From an uncultured Acidobacteriota bacterium (GTDB lineage: Bacteria; Acidobacteriota; Blastocatellia; RBC074), in assembly GCA_963796275.1 (NCBI GenBank), contig CAWCKY010000003.1:896001-960000 (forward strand): a DNA stretch of 64,000 nucleotides, read 5' to 3'. Within the stretch, counting starts at the first letter, position 1. Each line of letters opens with the position of its first letter. A model generated the notes under the pieces. That model did no database searches. It saw only the letters and a program-made list of their open reading frames with translations, and had not been told where the DNA came from. The translations under genes and the position numbers were made by a program. This document shows positions 9,782-20,411 of this stretch, piece after piece.

Positions 9782-10285
9782 ATGGCTACGGAAAAGCAAA
9801 AGAAAGCTGCAAAGAAGAACATCAAGAAAGCGCAGGAGGCGCGGCAAAAGATGTCTTCCCGAGCTCATTCGAAAGCCCAGCCTGAGGGCGGAAAACGCGC
9901 CAAACCGGGTTCGACCGGAAAGGGCGAGTATTATCACGTCGAGGTCAGGCCGAAGGATGAGTTCGTCAGCTTCCGCACGCACGATGTCGGGGAGAAGGGC
10001 GGCATTCAGCGTGTCGGTGGCAGGCGAAGCAGCGGCTCCTGGGATGATCAGAAATGGTTGATCAGCAAAGAACACGCACACGTCGAAAACGGCAAGCTCG
10101 TGCCAGATACCGAGGACGCTCGCGAAGTGCTCGAAGCATTGGGATCGAAACCAGTGCACGTCAGCGGTGATCGTTTCAAGGCCAAACCGAGACCGAACGT
10201 CCCGGAGAAGGATAAACCTACGGCGGCGCAACGACGAGCGCAGCAGAGCAATATCAAAAAGGCGCAAGCTGCCCGAAGGTCCTGA
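9782..10285 (+). CDS. Hypothetical basic (Lys/Arg-rich) protein
   Basis: Strong GGAGG RBS; NIKKAQxAR at both termini. Confidence 0.8.
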   Translation: MATEKQKKAAKKNIKKAQEARQKMSSRAHSKAQPEGGKRAKPGSTGKGEYYHVEVRPKDEFVSFRTHDVGEKGGIQRVGGRRSSGSWDDQKWLISKEHAHVENGKLVPDTEDAREVLEALGSKPVHVSGDRFKAKPRPNVPEKDKPTAAQRRAQQSNIKKAQAARRS

Positions 10286-10406
10286 TCCCTTCACCGTTTG
10301 ACGGCCTTCTCAAACAAAGAAAAACCTGGAAGAAACGAAGGGAACGATGAATTCAAGTTTTATTCGGCTTCTTCGTTTCTTCTCGGTTCAAATGTAGAGG
10401 AGGGTT

Positions 10407-11369
10407 ATGAAAATCTTGTTGGCTGTAGATGATTCGCCGTATTCGGCAGAAGCAGTAAGGGAAGTTATTGAGCGCACATGGCCACCCAGCGCGATTGTAC
10501 GGGTGATCTCGGCAATTGAGGATATACCGCCGCCAACGGCTGATTGGTGGAATGACGCTTCCGGACAACTCGAACGCGCGAATCTGGAATTGAAAGAGGG
10601 AGTCGAGCAACTCTCGGCGCGGGTAGCCGAATCCCTCGCGGACACCGGCCTCAAAGCTGAGACGACGATTCGGCACGGCGACCCCCGATCCGTGATCGTT
10701 GAAGAAGCAAAAGAGTGGGGCGCGGACTTGATCGTGGTCGGTTCGCACGGATACACCGGCATCAAGCGATTATTGCTCGGTAGCATTGCGCAATCGGTCG
10801 TGGCCCACGCACCCTGTTCCGTCGAGGTCGTCCGGATAAAGCCGGGAGCGATTGCTGGATCGGAATCTACCGGCTTACGGGCGGACGCGAACGAGGGCCG
10901 TGAGAAAGGAGCGATAGATGTTAAGCGCGATGACGCATTGTGGCTGGAAGACCTGATAGCAGGTATCCGAACCGCTATGCTGACCACCATCACCAGTGAC
11001 GGCCATCTGCACAGCCGCCCGATAGTCGCTCACGCCGCCAGCTTCGACCGCGAATTGTGGTTCTTCACTCATGCCCACACTCACAAAGTCGAAAATAGCG
11101 AGCGAGAGCATCAGATCAATCTCAGCTACGCCCATCCGGATAAAGAGAATTACATCTCGATCTCTGGAAAAGGCGTGCTCGTTCAGGATCGGCATAAAAT
11201 GGAGGAGTTTTGGGACCCGATCTTTGAAGATTGGTTTCCACAAGGTTTGGCTGACCGCGACCTGGCTTTGCTAAAAGTGAGCGTTGAAGACGTCGAGTAT
11301 TGGGATACGAGCGAGAACTTGATGGTGCGGTTGATGCCTGTGTCTAATGCTTTTCGCGCGGAGGGCTAA
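10407..11369 (+). CDS. Universal stress protein fused to general stress protein 26-like (PNPOx-like) domain
   Basis: MKILLAVDDS, ADLIVVGSHG, LLGSIA..V..HAPCSV; then AMLTT...LHSRP, LWFFT, YISISG, EYWD. Confidence 0.9.
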   Translation: MKILLAVDDSPYSAEAVREVIERTWPPSAIVRVISAIEDIPPPTADWWNDASGQLERANLELKEGVEQLSARVAESLADTGLKAETTIRHGDPRSVIVEEAKEWGADLIVVGSHGYTGIKRLLLGSIAQSVVAHAPCSVEVVRIKPGAIAGSESTGLRADANEGREKGAIDVKRDDALWLEDLIAGIRTAMLTTITSDGHLHSRPIVAHAASFDRELWFFTHAHTHKVENSEREHQINLSYAHPDKENYISISGKGVLVQDRHKMEEFWDPIFEDWFPQGLADRDLALLKVSVEDVEYWDTSENLMVRLMPVSNAFRAEG

Positions 11370-11461
11370 CGCCGATAAACAGGCAATCAGAGTTTTAGAG
11401 TTCTATATGCCTATTTTGAATGCTGAATCCCTCCGCGGGACCCCAGCATGTGGATGTGTTC

Positions 11462-11680
11462 ATGATTAAATCAAGAAAAATCAAAGGTGCAGCAATGGCA
11501 ATCGGATCAACTGCAGTTGGCGCATTTGCGCTCGGCGCATTTGCGCTCGGCGCTCTGGCAATCGGTCGACTGGCGATTCGCCGCCTGGGTATCCGCGAAT
11601 CACGCATACACACGCTTGAAATCAGCGAATTGAATGTAGGCCGGTTGCGGGTAAGCGATCTCACCGTGACACAATCGTGA
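11462..11680 (+). CDS. Small hypothetical protein with pentapeptide-like repeats
   Basis: AVGAF ALGAF ALGAL AIGRL AIRRL; 15-bp tandem GGCGCATTTGCGCTC. Confidence 0.7.
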   Translation: MIKSRKIKGAAMAIGSTAVGAFALGAFALGALAIGRLAIRRLGIRESRIHTLEISELNVGRLRVSDLTVTQS

Positions 11681-11767
11681 TTGCACGCTTACTTTAGCCG
11701 CAAGGCAAGGGCGCGCGCCAATAACAATTGAACGCGTTTTTTAGCGAATTGCTTTGCGGATGGCGCA

Positions 11768-12151
11768 TTACGCCTTTGTAACTTGTAATCCGTTTGCCAC
11801 CATTAACTGACAATACTCCGCACACCGGCGGCAGGTTCTGCCACAAATCTTCATCAGGTCATCGTCGCCGAACCGCTCGCAGCTCTCAGCACATCTCAAA
11901 CATACCTCAGCACATGTACTGCAAATGGTTATGTGCAGATCGGAATTACGCGTTATGAAATTAGCGCTCGTGTCGCAGATTTCAGCGCAGTCTTGCAACA
12001 ACCGGATATACTTCTCACTCGCTTGCTTCCCTCCCTTTTGGAGACAGTGCGTGATTGCTTCCAGACAGATACGGTGGGTGTCCAGACAACTCTGAACGCA
12101 CTGCTCGATCTGATTCATCTGCTCTCTCATTGTTGTGGGTTGTGTTGCCAT
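11768..12151 (-). CDS. Four-helix bundle copper-binding protein (DUF326/Csp3-like)
   Basis: Repeated CxxxC/CxxC (DCAEIC, CAEVCLRCAESC, CRRCAEYC); GGAGGAGG RBS. Confidence 0.92.
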   Translation of the reverse strand: MATQPTTMREQMNQIEQCVQSCLDTHRICLEAITHCLQKGGKQASEKYIRLLQDCAEICDTSANFITRNSDLHITICSTCAEVCLRCAESCERFGDDDLMKICGRTCRRCAEYCQLMVANGLQVTKA

Positions 12152-12333
12152 TATTTCCTCCTCCAAAATTAGGCTCTCAGTGCCTTAATCTATCAGTATC
12201 AGAATCTGACAATGATTCGTACACCTGTGCGAAATTTAATTACATTCACTCTGACTCGTTGCATATAACCTGATCAGTTTCAGCTTCGGAGTCCAGACTG
12301 AACCTCCCTGAGATAGCAATGAGATAACAATTG

Positions 12334-12348
12334 GCAATCAAAGTGCCA
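12334..12348 (-). promoter_or_regulatory. sigma54-type -24/-12 element
   Basis: TGGCACTTTGATTGC upstream of the Csp3-like gene. Confidence 0.72.
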
Positions 12349-12622
12349 GCGTCCGGGCGGGAGCCAGCTTTTCTGATTGAGCACATTGCTCAACCCCTCG
12401 ATGCCATTGAATCATCTCTTGGGTTGTTAGAAACTGGCAGGCTAGGCGGAATGGATTGATCAATGGAAACGGGCAACATCGTCAGTTTATCGACCGAGAG
12501 AAGGTGGCGATTCATCGGACCGCGGATACGCTTTAACGTGTCGTATCACGATACAACACATCCGCTGAGCACAGGGCGGCTGGGGATACTGATGGCCTCG
12601 GTATGGACGAGCGGCTGAAAAT

Positions 12623-13546
12623 ATGAAAATGCCACCATCTGTCGCCTCACGTAATCAAGCTAAAACTGCCTATCTGCACATGCTCTGGGCATCGGTCGCG
12701 TTCGCGGTAATGGCTGCTGTCAGTCATTGGGCGGGTGAACGCTGCGATTGGCAATTGGTCGCCGTGTCACGCGCATCAATCGCATTTTTCTTTTCGTTGG
12801 TGATTGCCGGAATCTCACGCGTCAAATTTGTTATTCGAGGTCCGAAAACTTTATGGGTGAGAAGTTTGGCGGGCAGCACCAGCATGCTATGCAATTTTTA
12901 TGCGCTTACACATTTACCGGTTTCAGATACGCTGACGTTGATGAATACCGCTCCGATTTGGGTGACGCTGCTGTTGTGGTTCGTCTTCAAACATAAACCT
13001 ACAACCGGCATTGTCATTGCCGTTCTGACCAGCGTTGCAGGCATCGCCCTGATTCAACAACCGCATTTTCAAAGCGGCAAATTTGCCTGCCTCATGGCAC
13101 TGTGCGGAGCGTTTTGCACGTCGATCGCAATGCTCGGACTCAATCGCCTGCAGAGTATAGACCCGCGCGCTATTGTCGTTCATTTTTCGGGAGTGGCCAG
13201 CGTGGTGACGATGGCGTTCCTGGCGCTCACCGATCGCAAAAACTATTTCGCGCAATTGAACGGCAATCACATATTGATCCCATTGGTGTTGGTGGGGATA
13301 GCAGGTGTGGCGGGACAAATAGGTATGACGCTCGCTTTTGCTAAAGGGCATGCATCGCGAGTCTCCGTAGTGGCCTTGTCGCAAATTTTGTTCGGATTGG
13401 CCTTCGATGCAATTTTCTGGGGGCGCTCCCTAAACGCGATCTCAATTCTTGGAATGGTCTTCGTCATTGTTCCGGCGGCCTGGTTGATCCTCGGCGAAAC
13501 ACCGGCGCGAAGCCACGATCTGATCGAAGTAGAAATGGAAGATTGA
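12623..13546 (+). CDS. DMT/EamA family transporter
   Basis: About 10 TM helices, two EamA halves (FYALTHLP...NTAPIWV). Confidence 0.9.
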   Translation: MKMPPSVASRNQAKTAYLHMLWASVAFAVMAAVSHWAGERCDWQLVAVSRASIAFFFSLVIAGISRVKFVIRGPKTLWVRSLAGSTSMLCNFYALTHLPVSDTLTLMNTAPIWVTLLLWFVFKHKPTTGIVIAVLTSVAGIALIQQPHFQSGKFACLMALCGAFCTSIAMLGLNRLQSIDPRAIVVHFSGVASVVTMAFLALTDRKNYFAQLNGNHILIPLVLVGIAGVAGQIGMTLAFAKGHASRVSVVALSQILFGLAFDAIFWGRSLNAISILGMVFVIVPAAWLILGETPARSHDLIEVEMED

Positions 13547-13585
13547 CTTTTGATTATTCAATCTTGTCCCTGGCCGAAAACCAGG

Positions 13586-14695
13586 TTACTTGAGGCTCAC
13601 TCTAGTACTGAGAGAATGTTGGCCTTCCAGTCCGCCGTCAGTTCGGGCCGGCTGGTTATTTATTGCCTGTTCAAAAAACACCGGCTGCGTCCAGGCCGCT
13701 TTACCATTCGATTCGATCACTTTCGCGCGAACGTAAAACTCATCGCCCTTGATAGAATAAATTGCAGGACTGGTCGTCACTTCCTTCAGTATCTTGCCCC
13801 ATCTGCCTATGAACTGGACTTTATATTTGCTCTGAGTCTCTGCGACGATATCAATTTTGATTTCGTCCTTACCTACCGAATAATCGCGCAGCGTCACTCC
13901 GGTCGAAGCATAAAAATCGCCCTCCTCCAGGGCTCTCAGAATGTCGCCCGGGCTGAGGCTCGCCGCGCGCACCATTACCCATCCGTGTCCGGGAGTAGCC
14001 TTCGTTCGGTCGCCGGGAGTTTTGAAGTTATGCGCATCGTCCACCGCGATGCCGTAAAGAGTCATACCGTCTGAGAGAATATCGTCCCACATCGCCTCGA
14101 GACCGGGCATTCCACCCCCTCCGAGGTTGTTGACATGCGGATGACCATTATAGATCTCAAAAAGGCGAAGGTTTTTGACAGATTTCAAATCGTTGGCGCC
14201 GATCGCCCAATGAAAGTTGGGATGATTGACGTGGGGGACGCCTTCCAACCCGCGGATGGCGTTTACGTTGTTCTGGATTACGCTGGTGACGCTCGCGCCG
14301 TGCTGTGGTTCGACGGTCTGTTTGAGATTCAGGCCGTTGATGTGGATCGGCTTCTCCTGAAATTTATCGGTGACTTCTTCGCCCTTGATGAGGATGAACT
14401 TGTTGGCCGCGCCGAATACGGCGTTCAGCCCTTCGACCTCGGTCAGAAAGTTGTGATCTGACAAAACCAGAAAATTGTAGCCGTGCTCGCGGTACCAACG
14501 AACAACTTCGTCCGGGGTGCTGTCGCCATCGCTGTTGATGGTGTGAGTGTGCGTGTTGCCTTTATACCAGCGGAGTGTCGGCTTCTCCTGAGCGATGGCA
14601 AGGCAGAAAAGTATAGCGGAGAACGCTATCAATACGAACGATCTGCCCCTACGTATAGGGTGGTTGTTTGATTCGGGCATGTTGTCTTCGGTCAC
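13586..14695 (-). CDS. Exported PHP-domain (CehA/McbA-like) metallohydrolase
   Basis: KGNTHTHT..SDG, SDHN, NHP, DDAH; signal peptide. Confidence 0.85.
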   Translation of the reverse strand: MTEDNMPESNNHPIRRGRSFVLIAFSAILFCLAIAQEKPTLRWYKGNTHTHTINSDGDSTPDEVVRWYREHGYNFLVLSDHNFLTEVEGLNAVFGAANKFILIKGEEVTDKFQEKPIHINGLNLKQTVEPQHGASVTSVIQNNVNAIRGLEGVPHVNHPNFHWAIGANDLKSVKNLRLFEIYNGHPHVNNLGGGGMPGLEAMWDDILSDGMTLYGIAVDDAHNFKTPGDRTKATPGHGWVMVRAASLSPGDILRALEEGDFYASTGVTLRDYSVGKDEIKIDIVAETQSKYKVQFIGRWGKILKEVTTSPAIYSIKGDEFYVRAKVIESNGKAAWTQPVFFEQAINNQPARTDGGLEGQHSLSTRVSLK

Positions 14696-14895
14696 CTCAT
14701 TTTATGCGGGCTCAAAGCTGTTACGTCTGGTATTCCCGGAAACCGGGCAGATTCTTTCACATTGCCACAGATTGCAACCGGTATTCGCTGAACCTGAGCA
14801 TAGAATCAATATTCTGCGTCAAATTGTCGAACATCAGAAATGCCGGCCTTCATTCCCAAATGACAAGTGCAGCAAGTTGGTCTAGGACGAACCGA

Positions 14896-16479
<1,584 letters not shown>

Positions 16480-17114
16480 GGTCCGCCTTTCATAGTTTGT
16501 GAGATGACCGCCCGCCCAGGGGAAATCGCTTATCGCTTCAGTACCTATTGAATCCCGTGCATATATAAACTCATTGAAGTCGCGGATTTGGGCACTTAGC
16601 GCCAGAGCCGCGGGGTGCTTATAGTATCCGGTCGTACAAATCTGGTCGTAAAATCTGGCGGTGCGCAGTGGAGCGCGCCAGGTCTGCAATATTGCAACCG
16701 TTTCGGCAATCATTTTTCTGATCCGGGATTTCGCTGAAACTCACCCGATGTCATTCCACAACTACCGCGGTTTGAGGATGCTCAATCGTCCTGGAATTAC
16801 GAGTGATGAAAATCGACTAGCAAAGCGGTTGCCGGGCTCCGCTATCCCAAGATTCTGAAAAACGCTGTAATGTTCACAATTGAGTTTAATATGCACGGCT
16901 TCAAACGATTTGCCCGACCATCGGCCGGAAGCGTCATCGTTACTCAACGGTTGCCGCGTCTACGTCGTGATCGCACAGATAGTAATACGTTCGCATATCG
17001 ATGGATAGTCTTGTAGCGCTATATATGCAAGCCGGGATTGGCATTTCTCAACCTACCGAGATATCAGTAAGACCGAAAATATTTTCAAACTAGCCATCCC
17101 CCGGGTTTATCTTA

Positions 17115-18188
17115 ATGACTAATTTATCATTCGCTGGATCGAGGTACCTTTACGTGGATAGATTTCGAAAGACAGTCAGCCAAATTTTGAGCAGCTTTAT
17201 CTCCTTTACGATGTGCATCATTGCAGTCGCGGCACAGACTCCGAAACAAGATTTGGAGCAGAGTATTAAAATTGATACGACATTGGTCAGTGTGCCGGTC
17301 ATTATCAGCGATCGGCAGGGTCGTTACATTGCCGGCTTAAAGAGATCGGACTTCACCCTATATGAAGATCGCGCCAAACGACCGATTGTTTTTTTCGCCG
17401 ACACCGAAGAACCAATCAATGTCGCGCTGCTGATGGATACCAGCAAGAGCACGAAGTGGGTGCTGGACGACATCAAAAATGCTGCCCGGGATTTCGTCAG
17501 GCAATTGCGCGCGCACGATCGAGCAATGATCGTCAGTTTTAACCACGAAAGAATCGCGTTATGCGAGTTGACCGCGGATCGCAAAAAGATGGAACGCGCC
17601 ATCGGTGACGCGCAAATCGGCGAACGTCTCGGAACGAAACTGCGCGACGCCGTCAATGCTGTAATGAAGGAAGAATTCGAAACGGTGAAGGGACGCAAAG
17701 CCATTGTGGTGTTGACTGATGGCAAGGATTACGGCAGTGATGTCGGCGAAGATGCGTTGCTGGAAAGTGCAGCGGAAGCCGATACATTGATCTACTCGGT
17801 TTTTTATCGATCCGTACCGCCCGGGCTAGGTGACGGGCAATCCCCTCGCGGCAGATGGGGGATTCCGGGGGGAAGAGGCGGGCGAAGGCAGCGACGAGCA
17901 GACCGCATGGAGGAGCGTAACGAATACGCAATGGACTTTCTGCAACGATTGTCCGAAGTTTCCGCCGGGCGTTATTTCAGCAGCGAAGTGAGCGATCTGC
18001 CAATGACATTCGGACAAATTGTCAAAGAGTTGCGGCATCAATACCGGCTTGGCTTTTACCCGCCGGATCATCCACCAGGCAGCATTCACACCATCAAAGT
18101 CGAAGTCGGGACCGAAATGGCCCTCACTGACATTGTTGTGCGCTCACGCCGTAGTTATCGTGTATCCGGGGGGCCTCAAGGGGAATAA
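17115..18188 (+). CDS. VWA-domain protein (acidobacterial VWFA-related)
   Basis: MIDAS DTSKS, T, LTDGKD; LVSVPV, ELRHQYRLGF; true start may be further downstream. Confidence 0.9.
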   Translation: MTNLSFAGSRYLYVDRFRKTVSQILSSFISFTMCIIAVAAQTPKQDLEQSIKIDTTLVSVPVIISDRQGRYIAGLKRSDFTLYEDRAKRPIVFFADTEEPINVALLMDTSKSTKWVLDDIKNAARDFVRQLRAHDRAMIVSFNHERIALCELTADRKKMERAIGDAQIGERLGTKLRDAVNAVMKEEFETVKGRKAIVVLTDGKDYGSDVGEDALLESAAEADTLIYSVFYRSVPPGLGDGQSPRGRWGIPGGRGGRRQRRADRMEERNEYAMDFLQRLSEVSAGRYFSSEVSDLPMTFGQIVKELRHQYRLGFYPPDHPPGSIHTIKVEVGTEMALTDIVVRSRRSYRVSGGPQGE

Positions 18189-18310
18189 CCATGGCGCTCC
18201 CGGTTGTTTGCGTATACAGAGAGAAGTTTTTTATTCAACATTGCGCTCATAGGCCGGAAAAAAACTGCCGTTTGACTACTCTCTTTCAATGGGTTAGCGT
18301 TTGAGGAGTT

Positions 18311-18747
18311 ATGCGTTATAAGCTGTCCGAATTATTTATAAGCGCAGGACCCATTCAACGAGGGATAGCCGTGTTTTTCCTCATTTTCACTTCCTTCGAT
18401 ATCTTGTTTATAGATATGCTCAGACAGCAGGGATGTTCAGAGGATGCAGCCCTGCAGCTCGTGACGGCAACTTTGAATTCGTCTGATGAGATTGCCGGAT
18501 CTCTAGTTTAACTTTCGTACCGGGTGGCGCATACCATCAGCCTGCGGCCCCTGGCGAACATCAACCGGCGGGGGATCCAGCCGGTGACATGGATGAAGAT
18601 TGCTTCTGTTGCTGTTCACATATCATACCCGGATTCGGCATGTATATTGCCACCTTAAATTATTCGGCACAGCCCGATGATCAGGAGAAACTTCGCCTCC
18701 CAGCTTCACATCCGCGCGACACTTATCGCCCCCCTCGGCTCTCCTAG
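18311..18747 (+). CDS. DUF2946-like Cys-rich leader protein, split by a 1-nt frameshift near 18490-18509
   Basis: First frame gives a hydrophobic N-terminus and stops at 18511; second frame gives ...DEDCFCCCSHIIP...PASHPRDTYRPPRLS* (TAG 18745-18747). Confidence 0.7.
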
Positions 18748-18917
18748 ATTCCACCTTCTTTCAATACTGTTCGAATTGTTCAAAGTAGATCGATCTCTAT
18801 TCGTGTAACTGCATTCGGCGGGCCATGAATCGGTCTTCCGCGTTCAATTTGATCCAGGTTATCGGAATTCCCGCGTTAGTTGGTGTGGCTGCTCGAATCA
18901 CATTTATGGATTGAACT

Positions 18918-20393
18918 ATGTTGAATAATGTTTACGTGTCTCAGTGTATAGCCTACAGGAGAGGGTTGAGCTATCGATATGAATTTAATAGGGCAGATTC
19001 TCTCACTCGATTTCTTTCGATCCTCGCCATCAGTATGGCAGTCTCTATCGCCGGTAATGGACAAGAGCCGGTGGTTCCCAATGATTCTACTTCGGCCAAA
19101 GATTTATCTCCTCCGGCAATCGAAACGCGGATGACTGACAGATCAAGAAAGCCCGAGAGCTGGCTGGCCGAGTATGCCGATCCGGTTCAGGGATCATCAT
19201 CAAGCGATCTGGTCCGGCGCGCGCTATCTTCGAATGCCGAACTTGCCGCCGTAAGGCTTGAAATCGTTCGCGCCCGGGCTCGGTTAATCCAGGCGGGATT
19301 GCGTCCCAACCCTTCATTCGATGTCGAGCAACAGAACGGAGTGTTCAACTCGCCGGGAGAGCGTGCGACGTCTATCGTCATTTCCATCCCGCTTGAGCTC
19401 GCGGGGCAGCGGGGGCGGCGCATCGATCTGGCACGTGCTGAACTGGAGGCCGCCGAAGCCGAGGTCGCAGATCGCGAGCGGCGCCTCGCATCGGAGGTGC
19501 GCTCGCTTTACGCAGAGGCGCTGGCTGCGTTGCGCGAGTTGGAGGTGACTCGCAGCATCAATACGCTCGATGCCGAGACGGCGCGCATCATCCAGGTGCG
19601 CGTGGAAGAAGGCGATTCAGCGCCGCTTGAGCTGAATCTGATGCGTGCGGAAGTCGATCGGCTGCGGGCGCGGCGCGCTCTGGTAGAAGGGCGTTTGCAA
19701 GCGGCTTATCTGCGGTTGAGGCAGTTTGCCGGGATTCCGCCCGAAGAAACATTGAGACTGCGCGGAGACCTGAGCTCTCCCGTCTTAATTGAACCTCCGG
19801 CTTCGTTGGAGGTAGCGCTCCAAATCGCGCTGCGCAACCGGCCTGATTTGCGGTTGGCGCGGCTGACTGAAGAGGTAGCGCAAGCAGGGTATCGACTTGC
19901 TCGTGTGCAGTCTGCGCCACAGGTGACGGCGTTCACCCGTTACACCAACAATCTCTCATCGTTTGACACTACGCCGATCGGCGTTTTGCAAGACCGCGAC
20001 AAGCTACTGAGCTTCGGCGTATCGATCACCCTTCCCATTTTTAATCGCAACCAGGGAGGGAAAGCAGAGGCTCAGCTGGCAGTCACACAAGCGCAGCTGC
20101 GGCGTGAATTCATAGAGTCAGTGGTTCGCGCCGACGTTGCGTCTGCTTATCGTCGCTACGAAGCAGCAGAAGCTTCACTCCGGGCTTACGAGCAGGGCGT
20201 CATCGCACGTTCGACTCAGAATGTCAGCATCGTCCGGGCAGCCTACGAAGCCGGGGCGTTCCGCATCAGTGAGTTATTGGCCGAACAACGACGCCTGATC
20301 GATTCACAGCGAGAGGTGACGGATGCGCTGACCGAACGTTACCGGGCGCGGGCCGATTTGCAGGCCGCTCTGGGGGCAGTCGATCAAAAGTAA
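18918..20393 (+). CDS. czcC: TolC-family outer membrane factor (CzcC-like)
   Basis: AGLRPNP, RPDL, SITLPIFNRNQG; upstream of MFP and RND genes; start uncertain. Confidence 0.88.
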   Translation: MLNNVYVSQCIAYRRGLSYRYEFNRADSLTRFLSILAISMAVSIAGNGQEPVVPNDSTSAKDLSPPAIETRMTDRSRKPESWLAEYADPVQGSSSSDLVRRALSSNAELAAVRLEIVRARARLIQAGLRPNPSFDVEQQNGVFNSPGERATSIVISIPLELAGQRGRRIDLARAELEAAEAEVADRERRLASEVRSLYAEALAALRELEVTRSINTLDAETARIIQVRVEEGDSAPLELNLMRAEVDRLRARRALVEGRLQAAYLRLRQFAGIPPEETLRLRGDLSSPVLIEPPASLEVALQIALRNRPDLRLARLTEEVAQAGYRLARVQSAPQVTAFTRYTNNLSSFDTTPIGVLQDRDKLLSFGVSITLPIFNRNQGGKAEAQLAVTQAQLRREFIESVVRADVASAYRRYEAAEASLRAYEQGVIARSTQNVSIVRAAYEAGAFRISELLAEQRRLIDSQREVTDALTERYRARADLQAALGAVDQK

Positions 20394-20411
20394 TTGTGAG
20401 TGAGGTGAATT

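Noticed and set aside
16480-16713. N-terminal extension of the serine hydrolase ORF
   Set aside because: The RBS (GAAAGG) and signal peptide fit ATG 16479.
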